Below, piece by piece: positions 27,166 to 40,440 of a stretch of 64,000 nt of DNA. Below the pieces are notes generated by a model that worked only from the letters and a program-made list of their open reading frames with translations, had not been told where the DNA came from and ran no database searches. The stretch comes from Octopus vulgaris (Eukaryota): positions 211,544,001 through 211,608,000 of the forward strand of contig OX597815.1 of assembly GCA_951406725.2 (NCBI GenBank), written 5' to 3'. Positions within the stretch are counted from its first letter, which is position 1; each line of letters begins with the position of its first letter. Both the position numbers and the translations under genes were made by a program.

Positions 27166-28188
27166 GAAATATGCAGTGAAAATAATAGATCTTTCATTGA
27201 AATTTTTCAGGAAGAAGAATTGTCTTTTCTTTGATGAAGCCACGCAACTGTGACCTTAATATATCTTCAAAGAAACAATGGCTTCTTTGTGTGTGTTCCC
27301 GTCTTTCGTTGGACATCACTTTTCGTTTTAGGAGTCATTTTCCTATTTGTTAACTTTCCACTGCTCTTGACATTTTGTTAAACTTCTAATTGCCATAAGA
27401 TAATACTATGCTTATATTAGTAACAGAGCTCTCGATCTTCCTGTCATCTGTTTCCTGATCATTATCTTCCTAACCATTTACTTCTGATACTAAGTATGGG
27501 GCTATTTATTTTACTTACCTCGGATTTACAACCAATGTTGCTTACTGGTACTCTGAAGCCAGCAGACATTTTATTTTTGCTGATTTTTTTACGATCTATC
27601 GCTCTCCTTTCTTCTCTGCCTTTACTGCTCTTCATAAAAGAGGAGCTATAAAGGCAGAGAAGATTCAACGGCCCTTGCTACAACTGGTACTGCAGTTGAG
27701 CTTTCTGTCTTGCACCTTCAATCTCAATTTGTTTCTCTCCGCACCCATAACAAATGCATCTTCGGAACCTCCAGGTACCCAAACTTGGTCTTCGATTGAC
27801 CCAAGGCTACACATCCGCCAAAAAAGATATAGATAAACGGTTGAAGGAGATTAGAATAGAATGTCCTGTAGAACTTCTTCAGAGAGTTTGCCACTCAGGG
27901 ACCTGAAAGGTTATAATGAAGATTTTAAGCACTCCCCTCCCCCCTTACCTCCCCCTCTTCCCTCATCTCCTCTCTCTACACTACACCATACGACTTTACA
28001 CATCACATCATATATACATACACACGTCCAGACCTCTCATACGCACTAATACTCTCTCATACACACACACACACTCTTCTCATACACACACTCCTATGTT
28101 GGAGCGAGGTCATTTAACCCTATTATCTCCCCTAATTTCGCTCTTGCGTCTCACGTTTGATCTTTGACTTCTGGCCGAAATCAGATCG

Positions 28189-28425
28189 CCATGTTGATTC
28201 GCTAGCCTCTGCACGCATATTTTTTCTCTCCTTCTTTCTGTGTTTTTTCTCTGTGTATCTTTCTGTTGAAGAGCGTAGGCTCGAAACGTTAAAGACTTGT
28301 TTTATTTATATTTCCTGAGCGCCATACTAATACAATTGTTTGTTTGTATTCCACCTGCCTTCGTCTTTTGTTTATATCCGTAAACCTGCCTTCGTCTTTT
28401 GTCTATTTTCATAAAGCTTCCCGTT
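28189..28425 (+). mobile_element. Short hammerhead-bearing element (family H2), may extend upstream to about 27760
   Basis: Homologous to 30257-30464. Both end cataaagcttcccgt-(TA)n. Confidence 0.7.
28258..28295 (+). ncRNA. Minimal type I hammerhead variant
   Basis: UCUUU-CUGUUGA-A-GAGC-GUAG-GCUC-GAAACGUU-AAAGA. Confidence 0.6.
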
Positions 28426-28685
28426 ATATATATATATATATATATATACATATATGTATGTGCGTGTATGTGTTTGTGTGTCTGTGTTTGTCCCCCCAAC
28501 ATTGTTTGACAACCGATGCTGGAGTGTTTACGTCCCCGTAACCAAGCGGTTCGGCAAAAGAGACCGATAGAATAAGTACTAAGGCTTATAAAGAATAAGT
28601 CCTGGGGTCGATTTGCTCGACTAAAGGCGGTGCTCCAGCATAGCCACAGTCAAATGACTGAAACAAGTAAAAGAGTAAAAGAGTA
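28425..28685 (+). mobile_element. SINE family A, 3' half
   Basis: Ends ggcggtgctccagcatagccacagtcaaatgactgaaacaagtaaaagagtaaaagag. Confidence 0.85.
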
Positions 28686-29239
28686 CTTATTTTATGAACC
28701 ACAAAAGGACAAAAAGTAACGCTGACATCTGTGAGATTTGAACTCAGAATATAAAGAATACGCAAGAAGCGCTGCGAAGCAAGATGATGATGATGATGAT
28801 GATGATAGTGAAAGAGAAGTGGAGGATGGTGACGATGTTTGCAATCTGAACTTTAAATGAAAACATTTGGTTGGTAAGGGAAATACATTAACAGACGGTA
28901 AGACTAGCATAATTAATATGACTAATTGCTATTGTTGTTAATTAATAACATCCCCGCAGCAAATGTAAATATTTGAAATATTTTCTTTCCGTTTATCCAT
29001 CAACGCCGTTGTCTTTGACCGAAATCGTACATTATCCCCCCCCCCCTTCTGTTGTGTGTGAGAAAGAGAGAGACAGAGAGAGAGAGAGAGTGAGTGAGAG
29101 AGAGAGAGAGAGTTCGATTTTCTTTCAATGTGTCTTTGTTTATTTCTTTTATGATTTCTTAATAAAGAATCTGTAACGAATAAACTGCATTACAAAGACT
29201 TTCTCGCCTTGAACTTATGCGCACACGGAAAATGTATGT

Positions 29240-29330
<91 letters not shown>

Positions 29331-29334
<4 letters not shown>

Positions 29335-29539
29335 ATCCAAACATGAAAACACAAAGAGAAAACACAACAGCGCGATGACGTGGAACAAGTATAGTGTTAT
29401 TGGACGCTCGGGAAAGGAAACGAAAGAAAGAAGGAGGATTTAACGTTTCGGACGGAGCTCTTCGTCAGAAATATAGAAAAAGGAAAGGTCCAAGGATGGG
29501 AACACGGAGAAAGAAAATCGCCAACGATACACACGCGGT

Positions 29540-29545
<6 letters not shown>
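29331..29545 (-). mobile_element. Short hammerhead-bearing element (family H1) between (TA)n and (CA)n
   Basis: Reverse complement aligns by eye with 23254-23358 and 21920-22010. Confidence 0.65.
29438..29472 (-). ncRNA. Minimal type I hammerhead
   Basis: AUUU-CUGACGA-AGAGCUCCGUCC-GAAACGUU-AAAU. Stem II imperfect. Confidence 0.55.
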
Positions 29546-29576
<31 letters not shown>

Positions 29577-29815
29577 GTGTACATATATAATTAATATACA
29601 CAGCAGTGAGCTATGTTTTACCAAAACGGAAAACTATAACTGTCAGTAAATATAACTGGAGACCATGGGATTGCACACACACACACACACACACACACAC
29701 GTACACACACACACACACACATATATATATGTGTACATATATAATTAATATAGACAGCAGTGTGCTATGTTTTACCAAAAGCGGAAAACTATAATTGTCA
29801 GTAAATATAACTGGA

Positions 29816-30125
29816 GACCCACCTCGGTCATGAATGACCATGGGATTGCACCTAGAAAGTTATCCCACCTCCCCGAGGCACAAGTCCGGGCAAGGCTGTT
29901 TGTGGAAAGCCAACAGTCACCTGTGCATAGCAGTCTCCCTTCTCCACGCCACCGATGTTATCCAAGGGAAAGGCAAAGGCCGATACAGCTTGGCACCAGT
30001 GATGTTGCAACTCATTTCTACAGCTGAGTGAACTGGAGCAATGTGAAAATAAAGTGTCTTGCACAAGAACACAACGTGCATCCCGGTCCGGGTATCGAAT
30101 GGTACTTCATATGATAGACTCGACT
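29816..30125 (-). mobile_element. SINE family D (diverged tRNA head, CORE-like gtgttcttgtgcaagacact)
   Basis: B-box-like ttcgatacc followed by a CORE-like segment. Distinct 3' tail. Confidence 0.55.
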
Positions 30126-30132
30126 GCGAAAG

Positions 30133-30232
30133 GGTTAAAGGCAAAGTCGATCTCAGTGGAATTTGAATTCAGAACGTAGAGAGAGAATGCCGTTTAAACA
30201 TTTTGTTCGACGATTCTGCTAGCTCATCGCCT
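30133..30232 (-). mobile_element. SINE family B, 5' fragment
   Basis: aaaggcaaagtcgatctcagtggaatttgaattcagaacg. Confidence 0.65.
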
Positions 30233-30256
30233 TCTCTCTCGCACTCTTTCTCTGTC

Positions 30257-30462
30257 ATGTTGAATCGCTAGCTTCTGCGCGCATTTTTTTTTCTCTCCTT
30301 GTTTCTCTCCGTGTTTCTTTTGTGTGTATCTTTCTGTTGAAGAGCGTAGGCTCGAAACGTAAAAGACTTGTTTTATTTATATTCCTGAGCGCCATACTAA
30401 TACATTGTTTGTTTGTACTCCACCTACCTTCGCCTTTTGTTTATTTTCATAAAGCTTCCCGT

Positions 30463-30464
<2 letters not shown>
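30257..30464 (+). mobile_element. Short hammerhead-bearing element (family H2), second copy
   Basis: Homologous to 28189-28425. Confidence 0.7.
30329..30366 (+). ncRNA. Minimal type I hammerhead variant
   Basis: UCUUU-CUGUUGA-A-GAGC-GUAG-GCUC-GAAACGUA-AAAGA. Confidence 0.6.
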
Positions 30465-30535
<71 letters not shown>

Positions 30536-30538
30536 TTG

Positions 30539-30574
<36 letters not shown>

Positions 30575-30576
<2 letters not shown>

Positions 30577-30990
30577 CGGACGCGTTGCTGCGTGATAAGC
30601 TTACTCTCCAACCACATGGTTTCGAGTTCAGTCACACTGCCTGGCACCTTGGGTACGTCTTCTATTATAACCCCAGGTGAACAAAAGCCTTGTAAGTGGA
30701 TTCGGTGGACGGAAACTGAGAGAATCTCGTCGTATATATATGTATGTATATATGTATATATCTATGTGTGTGTCTTTGTGTCGGTGTTTGTCTCACCATC
30801 ACCACTTGAGAACCAGTGTTGGTGCGTTTGCGTCACCGTAACTTAGCGGTTCGGCAAAAGTAACCGATTGCGTAAGCATTAGGCTTAGCAAATAATTTTG
30901 GGGTCGATTCTTTTGACTAAAAACCTTCAAGGCAATGCTTCAGCTTGGCCGCAGTCAAATGACTGAAACAAATACAAGAATAAAAGAATA
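30575..30990 (+). mobile_element. SINE family A, diverged
   Basis: Head ccaaccacatggtttcgagttcagtc and tail ggccgcagtcaaatgactgaaac. Confidence 0.8.
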
Positions 30991-31034
30991 TAGGAATATA
31001 TTAGTGTGTGTGCGCACGACGCCCATGTGAGTGC

Positions 31035-33468
31035 ATTCCTACTTATATACATTTATATACATGTTTGTATTCCTACTTATATACATTTATATACATGTTT
31101 GTATTCCTACTTATATACATTTATATACATGTTTGTATTCCTACTTATATACATTTATATACATGTTTGTATTCCTACTTATATACATTTATATACATGT
31201 TTGTATTCCTACTTATATACATTTATATACATGTTTGTATTCCTACTTATATACATTTATATACATGTTTGTATTCCTACTTATATACATTTATATACAT
31301 GTTTGTATTCCTACTTATATACATTTATATACATGTTTGTATTCCTACTTATATACATTTATATACATGTTTGTATTCCTACTTATATACATTTATATAC
31401 ATGTTTGTATTCCTACTTATATACATTTATATACATGTTTGTATTCCTACTTATATACATTTATATACATGTTTGTATTCCTACTTATATACATTTATAT
31501 ACATGTTTGTATTCCTACTTATATACATTTATATACATGTTTGTATTCCTACTTATATACATTTATATACATGTTTGTATTCCTACTTATATACATTTAT
31601 ATACATGTTTGTATTCCTACTTATATACATTTATATACATGTTTGTATTCCTACTTATATACATTTATATACATGTTTGTATTCCTACTTATATACATTT
31701 ATATACATGTTTGTATTCCTACTTATATACATTTATATACATGTTTGTATTCCTACTTATATACATTTATATACATGTTTGTATTCCTACTTATATACAT
31801 TTATATACATGTTTGTATTCCTACTTATATACATTTATATACATGTTTGTATTCCTACTTATATACATTTATATACATGTTTGTATTCCTACTTATATAC
31901 ATTTATATACATGTTTGTATTCCTACTTATATACATTTATATACATGTTTGTATTCCTACTTATATACATTTATATACATGTTTGTATTCCTACTTATAT
32001 ACATTTATATACATGTTTGTATTCCTACTTATATACATTTATATACATGTTTGTATTCCTACTTATATACATTTATATACATGTTTGTATTCCTACTTAT
32101 ATACATTTATATACATGTTTGTATTCCTACTTATATACATTTATATACATGTTTGTATTCCTACTTATATACATTTATATACATGTTTGTATTCCTACTT
32201 ATATACATTTATATACATGTTTGTATTCCTACTTATATACATTTATATACATGTTTGTATTCCTACTTATATACATTTATATACATGTTTGTATTCCTAC
32301 TTATATACATTTATATACATGTTTGTATTCCTACTTATATACATTTATATACATGTTTGTATTCCTACTTATATACATTTATATACATGTTTGTATTCCT
32401 ACTTATATACATTTATATACATGTTTGTATTCCTACTTATATACATTTATATACATGTTTGTATTCCTACTTATATACATTTATATACATGTTTGTATTC
32501 CTACTTATATACATTTATATACATGTTTGTATTCCTACTTATATACATTTATATACATGTTTGTATTCCTACTTATATACATTTATATACATGTTTGTAT
32601 TCCTACTTATATACATTTATATACATGTTTGTATTCCTACTTATATACATTTATATACATGTTTGTATTCCTACTTATATACATTTATATACATGTTTGT
32701 ATTCCTACTTATATACATTTATATACATGTTTGTATTCCTACTTATATACATTTATATACATGTTTGTATTCCTACTTATATACATTTATATACATGTTT
32801 GTATTCCTACTTATATACATTTATATACATGTTTGTATTCCTACTTATATACATTTATATACATGTTTGTATTCCTACTTATATACATTTATATACATGT
32901 TTGTATTCCTACTTATATACATTTATATACATGTTTGTATTCCTACTTATATACATTTATATACATGTTTGTATTCCTACTTATATACATTTATATACAT
33001 GTTTGTATTCCTACTTATATACATTTATATACATGTTTGTATTCCTACTTATATACATTTATATACATGTTTGTATTCCTACTTATATACATTTATATAC
33101 ATGTTTGTATTCCTACTTATATACATTTATATACATGTTTGTATTCCTACTTATATACATTTATATACATGTTTGTATTCCTTATATACTTATATACATT
33201 TTGTATTTATTTATATACATGTTTGTATTCCTACTTATATACATTTATATACATGTTTGTATTCCTACTTATATATACATTTATATACATGTTTGTATTC
33301 CTACTTATATACATTTATATACATGTTTGTATTCCTACTTATATACATTTATATACATGTTTGTATTCCTACTTATATACATTTATATACATGTTTGTAT
33401 TCCTACTTATATACATTTATATACATGTTTGTATTCCTACTTATATACATTTATATACATGTTTGTAT
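31035..33468. repeat. 34-bp minisatellite (ATTCCTACTTATATACATTTATATACATGTTTGT), about 71 copies
   Basis: Units essentially identical apart from a disrupted stretch at about 33181-33280. Confidence 0.97.
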
Positions 33469-33919
33469 GAGCGTATGTATGTATATTAATATGTTTGTAT
33501 ATTTAAATGCAAATATGTGTATGTGCATTTGTATGATTTATATGTTTATATGCGTGTGCATGTGTGTGAGTATATGAATGTTAAATAGATCAACGAATAT
33601 ATGAAATAAAACTTTATTAAATTGCGTAAATACTTACATGTGTGTACGCATAATGATACACAACATGTGCACATATACACATATGCATCCTGTACACACA
33701 TACGCAAGCATATGTTTGTGCATGTGTTCAGACATACACTTAGGGGTGCGGATGCGTTCGTGGCAACGAACTCGAGATAGTTTTTCCAGATCTTAAACCA
33801 GATGAATCAGAACCATTTTAAGATGGATACTTTAAAGCGATTTGTTGTTAGCTTTTATCTTCGAATATACAGATTATGGCCCAGGGGCAGATTTGTGCTT
33901 ACTAATGGTTGATGATGTA

Positions 33920-33955
<36 letters not shown>

Positions 33956-35644
33956 GGTTTTGCTTTTTTTTTTTTCAGAAAGTGCTTGAAATCTGGATTT
34001 ATCGAAATGCTTTAGCAGTAACTTCATAGTGTATAGTTGGTGCGGACCTATTCTTCACCTAAATAAAGCAGGCCGTTGACATTTTCCTCTTGGTTTTCTA
34101 CTTAGCTGGGCAGTGACTGACGTTGGTTCATTTCATTACCAGGAGAACGGCGGATATAAATAAATTTTTGAGCTATTTTTATGTTTAGAAATAATACGTA
34201 TTTTAATGTTTACATCTACATAGCGTTTCGACCTGTTTGCTCTTCGATTGTCATGAAACAACTTGTTTCCTAGACGTCTGGATAATATCGGGCAGGATAC
34301 GAACTCAGTTTCTTTCTAATATAATAGCAACGCTCTTATCCACTGTGCCACGACGCCTGCACAGACGTCAGTGGCATAGTGGTTAAAAAACGGAGTGCAT
34401 ATATGTAAACATTAGAAAATTGCTACATCTCTAAAGATAACGTTAATAAACCCCAAAAAATTATAATCTCATTATAATCTCAGACATTTAGACATTTAAT
34501 CTCCAGTATTATGTTTCAGTATAACAAGAGCTTCGTAGAGACAGGCATTGATTGTACAATACTTTTATCACATACTTCCATTTAGGCTCTAGCGATATCG
34601 TCGATAACCTTTAACATGAGTGAGATTAGGGTTTTTTACGAACTCTCATCAGAAATGTTCTACCATCTAAATACAGTTTATAGAAATTGGAAACATTCTA
34701 TATACTACAATTTTAAATAGTATTAAAGTTGTACATATATTCCAGTCAACGCTATTGGTTTAGTTATATTAGGTGATACCAGCGCTGAGTGATGGTTATG
34801 GCGAGGATGGGAAAGATAGTGTTGCTAGCTTGTTTACATTTTTATCACCTTCTTCTATGGCAGCTTTTGAAAATCATCTGATATTGCACGAGTTGGAAAA
34901 ACAGTCTTTATCTGTGACAGCCATCATTCTCGCAACGAAATATTTTTGTTGGCGAAGCTGTTTCGCAGTGATTTAAATTTGGATGGATTTCATCTAAGTG
35001 ATGTTTTTAACCTTTTTCTATAACCGATAAAAAGATTTTATCAGGTTTTTTTTTTCATAATACCGGTGTAGATTATAAATGGGAAAACAAACAAATAATA
35101 TAATCAAGCCGTACATTATCCTCCGTATGGCTGCACCTAAGTCGGTGGTGGTATCAGTCATGACGATCAAAACAAAATTCCATGTGGGGAAAAATAAGTT
35201 TTTGTAACCCAGACACAATAACGCTAAGTTATTAAGTAAAAATGTGTTTCTCTTATATAATACAAAAAAAGCACCTGGTACGACTCTTGACTTATTTAAG
35301 TAGATAAAATTCTAAAGAAAAAATAAAACAATTATTTTCAACATTCAGTTTGGCCTACACGACCGTAGTGTTGATAGCGCATGTGTTTTTTATGGATGTA
35401 ACGTAAGCATTTTATGCATATATATATATATATGCATATATATATATGCATATATATATATGCATATATATATATATGCATATATATATATATATATATA
35501 CACACATATGTATGTTTATGTATGTATGTATGTATGTATGTATGTATTAATAATTTACTTAGTGGAGCTTTTAAAGTTTAATTCTACTTGCTACTGGCTT
35601 AGTGGCAAGTTTGTGAAGAAAATATTTAAAATATTTAAGCAAAT

Positions 35645-35700
35645 GGCGGTGCCCCAGCATGGCCACAGCTCATGTGCTGAAACTAGATAAAATAAAATTT
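35645..35700 (+). mobile_element. Isolated 3' tail of the CR1-group LINE family seen at 50215-51930
   Basis: ggcggtgccccagcatggccacagctcatgtgctgaaactagataaaataaaa. Confidence 0.7.
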
Positions 35701-37149
35701 AAAAAAAATATTCAACCCTTTAAGAAAATAGTGTTGACATTCATTATCCTAGATACTGTGATCATTTGTAACGCATGTATTCTTGGTCTCCAAGAATCCA
35801 AGTTCAGCCATACTTTAATCTAGTCGCGCCAATACTTAATTTGCATACTCCGCCTCAATAATCCACACCTGTCTTTTTTGTCCCGTGTTCTCTTATTGAT
35901 AGAAAGTAGGCATACATCATTAATAATTGTACATCTTATTTAAACATTTTACTTTTGTGGTACCAAGCAACAATATCAAGACGGTTGTGTTTTAATTTGG
36001 TTATTGATTTTATTCTTAGGTTCAACCAATACTCTTCAGCAATCGGTCTCACTAATTCTGTTTTATTTACTTCTTTATTGTTCTTGCCATCACCTCATTC
36101 CTACGATTCTTCCACAGTTGGTAACAAAGTGATTGATAGCATCAGCTTTGGCTTTGATTAAACTGTAGTTGTTGACAGCTCATGCTTTCTGTGTCTTGTG
36201 TAGTAATTAATTATGAACGTAGATATAGCTGACTGATATATTCGTTTTGGAACTAGATCCTGAGTTCAATGTTCCATCAAAGTATCTTGGGAAAGTGCAC
36301 AATCCCATAATCTCAAGCCTTCCCTGAATGCAGATGCAGAAATAAATCCAGTTGTCTTCAAGGGAAGGAATACGATATATCCGTTGTTTATGAAGCACAG
36401 AGATCGAGCATTATATTGGATCAGTGAAAAGAAAATTTAAATCCAGATATAATAGCTATCTTTCGACCTTTAGACACAGTGGGAAGAGATATAACAACAC
36501 TCTCAGCACTAGTCTGGAAGCTTGAAGACGAAAGAATTAACTACGACATCAAGTAGAAAATATTTTCCTGATCCAAACCCTATATTAATGGGTCATAAAG
36601 ATGTTAGTTATGTTCTCTCGAAAACCTACATCATTTGAAGAACTTAAGAGCCTCCAATGACTGCGTAAGTTCCAGAAACGAGATATTTTTTTTATATTTG
36701 CATAATTTAAATTTATATTTGCATAATTTAAATTGGCAGAATTTAAAGATAAACCACCGGGCACATCTTAGACTATTTCCATTTCATAACGTATTTTTGA
36801 CGCACATACGTTGTAACCTGTGTGTTCTTATTTGTTTCTTTCCGTTTCTTCCTTATGAGCGTTCCTTGTTCAAGCGTCATTCATCCGCTTTAAAAGCAAT
36901 TGAGCGTTCCCGGTTTAAACGTCATCTGCTTCCAAAGCAGATGACAAACGCTCGTGTCCTTATCAGATTGATCGATGGCAAAATATAATTTCGACCAGGA
37001 AGCCCTGGTGAGTTGTATTTCACAAAACTCGTGGTTTTCATTGTAACATTATACTTTATGGACTCTGCCGTCATCAGATGACGTATGAGGATTCTGAAAT
37101 TGCTTGCTGAACAGTCACGACGATGATTTGTTTATAGTGATCAAAAATT

Positions 37150-37340
37150 TGTGTCCATATAAGCTCACTCTCTCCATCAGATCGATATCACATGTACAGG
37201 CGCACGACGTGCCACATTCAACAGACTGAATGGATTGTTTTGCTCAAGAACAGAACGCAACGCCCGGTCTGGGAATGGAAACCACGACCTCGGAATCGGG
37301 AATGCAACACTTTAACCACCAAACCAAACCATGAGCCTTC
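37150..37340 (-). mobile_element. Old tRNA-derived SINE related to family C/D
   Basis: Minus strand ggtggttaaagtgttg...gtggtttccattcccagaccgggcgttgcgttctgttcttgagcaa. Confidence 0.55.
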
Positions 37341-37587
37341 GCTTACACATGATACACACATAAACACACACACATACACACACACAAAATTTCTAACATG
37401 GATGTATAAAAATTCGAAATGTTACCTTCATATAAAGGACAGCATGTCTGTCATGTTCACAGAAGTGGGTTCGATTCTCACTGGCAGCCCTCGACGTTCT
37501 TTCCTTTCAATCTACACGGAATCATTTATAGCTTTATCTACTTCGAGTACCACGATTCAAAATAATCTCATTTTTACATTACATTAT

Positions 37588-37672
<85 letters not shown>

Positions 37673-37700
37673 TACATACATACATACATACATACATACA

Positions 37701-37732
<32 letters not shown>

Positions 37733-37744
37733 CACGCACACACA

Positions 37745-38262
37745 TACAGTTTACGAAGAACCGCTTTACGAAACCCTGGGTTTACGAGTTTTATCTTTCA
37801 AGCACAAGATCCAATTTTTGAACGAAGAGCATAAATTTCTACTACCATAACCAATGCTTCTGTGTGTTACCGAGAAATTTATAGAGAGCGAAAAAAAAGC
37901 TTCTTCTTAGCAAACAACTCTAGACACGTTTTTCAAAAAGAAATCTACACATCCGTCTACGAATGCTTGTGAATTGGCGACCGCGTCTACAAGTGATGGT
38001 GTGCGCGTGTCTAGTGTGAATGAAACTGATTAAAATAATATTCTTTATCATAAAGGATCTTGACTTTCTTTTTACTTTACATAAAATATTCTTTACATAC
38101 TACTGTTGTTTTATTGCCATTTATTTACGGGTATAAAAAACATTGGTAGGTAAAATATTTTTCTGGGAACGAATTACTACTATGAAAATTTATTGCTCTA
38201 TTGAACGAGCTTTCGCTCTTCGAGCGGTCTTCGCGAACAAATGAACTCGTATATCGAGACAC
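37745..38262. mobile_element. Possible decayed Tigger/pogo-like non-autonomous element
   Basis: Right end gaacaaatgaactcgtatatcgagacac resembles Tigger-type termini. Left end poorly defined. Confidence 0.3.
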
Positions 38263-38848
38263 ACACACACAGATCTATCTATCTATCTATATATATATAT
38301 TGGCTTCAGACTAGGATATTAGAAACCAAATAAATACGCCTGACTTCCATACTAAAAGTGCATTAGAAAGCGAATGCTTGAAGCAAGTTTATTTGTTTTT
38401 CTATATATATATATATATATATTTCACTTTCTTCTTTTCTTTGCTATCATAATTACTGTCAGTGTGTACTGTTGATATAAACAATGGCGATAACAACGAC
38501 CGCCATGAAGACAATGCCATGGTTGCTGTAGTTGTTGTTGCTGGTGGTGGTGGTGGTGCTGAAAATGTTGTAAGTGGTATTGCAAGATTTGTCGTCAATG
38601 ATGTCGCTATTTCAAGCACGCTATAGTAGATAAGACGAATTCTTACAAAAGATAAAGCACAGAATTACAAATATAGTTATTGAATGAGAAAACAGTCACG
38701 AGAAAACCGGTTGGCTGATAATACATTATTTGTATATTATGTACGTATTTATAGAGAGAACTGAATAGCGATGCCTTACATCTAAGATATTAAGCACACA
38801 TCTGCATTATGTCTAATACAAAGCAAAACAAGCAGACACGTAAATATA

Positions 38849-40118
38849 TTGGGGCATTCCATAAATTATGCGGTTTTTGTATACTTTTATTTTTCAAAAT
38901 TAAGATAAACAAAATTCTTTTTAATTTAAAATATAATCTCCTTCATTTTCTACAATGCTTTTCCATCTATCTGGTTGACTTGCAAGACCCTTCTTTCAAA
39001 ATTCACTTGTCCCTCTCGAAAAATACTCCTCTAGTACTGTTCTGACCTCGTCTATAGAATTCATAATTTTTCCGTCCAAATGATTTTGAAGACTGCAGAA
39101 TAAATGATACTCACATGGGAAAATGTCCGGCGAATATGGTGGGTGGGGCATCGTTGCCCATCCAAACTGCTCCAGCCTTTGAAATGTTATCCTTGCTGCA
39201 TGTGGTCGAGCATTATTCTGATGGAAGAACACCTTTCGTCTTGAAACCAAAGGTGGTTGTTTTTCTTCTAGCGCCGACTTAGGTCGCTCAAGCTGCCCGT
39301 AGTAGATCTCCTTTGTTATCGTTTGGTTTGGGTTTAAAAGTTCAAAGTGAACTAAACCTTTCATATCCCACCAAACAGATAACAACTTACGTAGGTAAAA
39401 ACCTTCTTTAGCTTGGGGTGTCGGTGTTTCTCCTTTCCCTACCCAATGTCTTCGGCGCTTGACATTTTTGTAGAGAAGCCATTTCTCATCACTTGTCACT
39501 ATTCAGCCCCAAAAAGGCTCATTTGTGAGACGTGACAGCAAAGAAGGTCTCGCATTCACTCTCTGCGCTCGATTAGAAAGTTTGTAAGGAACCCATTCAC
39601 TCAATTTGCTGACTTCTCCGATGGCACGTAGGTGTTGATGAATGGTTGACTGGCCAAATCCAAGTTTCCCTGTTAGTTCCTCAACAGTTACGCTGAGATT
39701 TTGTTCCGCCAGGGTTTGCATGATGTCCTCGTCGAGCTCTACAGACCTTCCAGGACGGTGCTCGTTTTCTAAGCTGTGGTTTCCGGCTCGGAATTTCTGG
39801 AACCACAGTTGACATCGGTTTACGCTTATTATCCGATCACCAAATACTGCATTAATATTTGTCACACTTTCCATAGCATTGTTACTTTTATTGAACTCAT
39901 AAAGCAAAATATGCTGAATATGCTCCTTTGTCACTTCCATTATAGCTTTGGAAAAATAACAGTTAAAAGTGAACTGCACTCTTCAAAACTTGCACTAAGA
40001 ATAGGGTAAAATTACTAACTGCTTTTATAGCAAGTTGATGCAGGCAGTTTATCCTGTCCCCCTCCGACTTTTAGTTCATGCAATTGAAAAAACCCGCATT
40101 ATTTATGGGATGACTCAA
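38849..40118 (-). mobile_element. Mariner transposon, second family, near full length
   Basis: ORFs 39503-39979 and 38996-39499: WVPYKL, TSDEKW, HQNNARPH, HPPYSPDIFPCEYHLF. TIRs ttggggcattccataaattatgcgg / ccgcattatttatgggatgactcaa, TA flanks. Confidence 0.93.
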
Positions 40119-40124
40119 TAAATA

Positions 40125-40188
<64 letters not shown>

Positions 40189-40440
40189 TACACACACACA
40201 CACACACGCACTTGAATAATCAAGTCTAAATTTAGCACAAGGTCACAATTTCTGCAAGGGGTGCAGTCGAGTAAATTGTTTTTAGCAATTCATTTCTACT
40301 TATTTCATTATGAAAGACAAATTCGCCCTTCATGGATTCGAATCAAAAACGGAAAGGGATACACACACACACACAATATAAATCAGGTAACTTGATAACA
40401 TTGAAGTTAAGCGCACTCAATGTAACAGATTATATATATA

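Noticed and set aside
27760-27930. Possible GIY-YIG C-terminus upstream of the H2 element
   Set aside because: Only a vague GP.GYN-like resemblance across frameshifts; insufficient to call.
31035-33468. CRISPR-like array
   Set aside because: Units are contiguous with no unique spacers, there are no cas genes, and the context is eukaryotic.
31006-33577. Three 820-848 aa ORFs
   Set aside because: Artefacts of a stop-free 34-bp tandem repeat; the same peptide appears in all frames.
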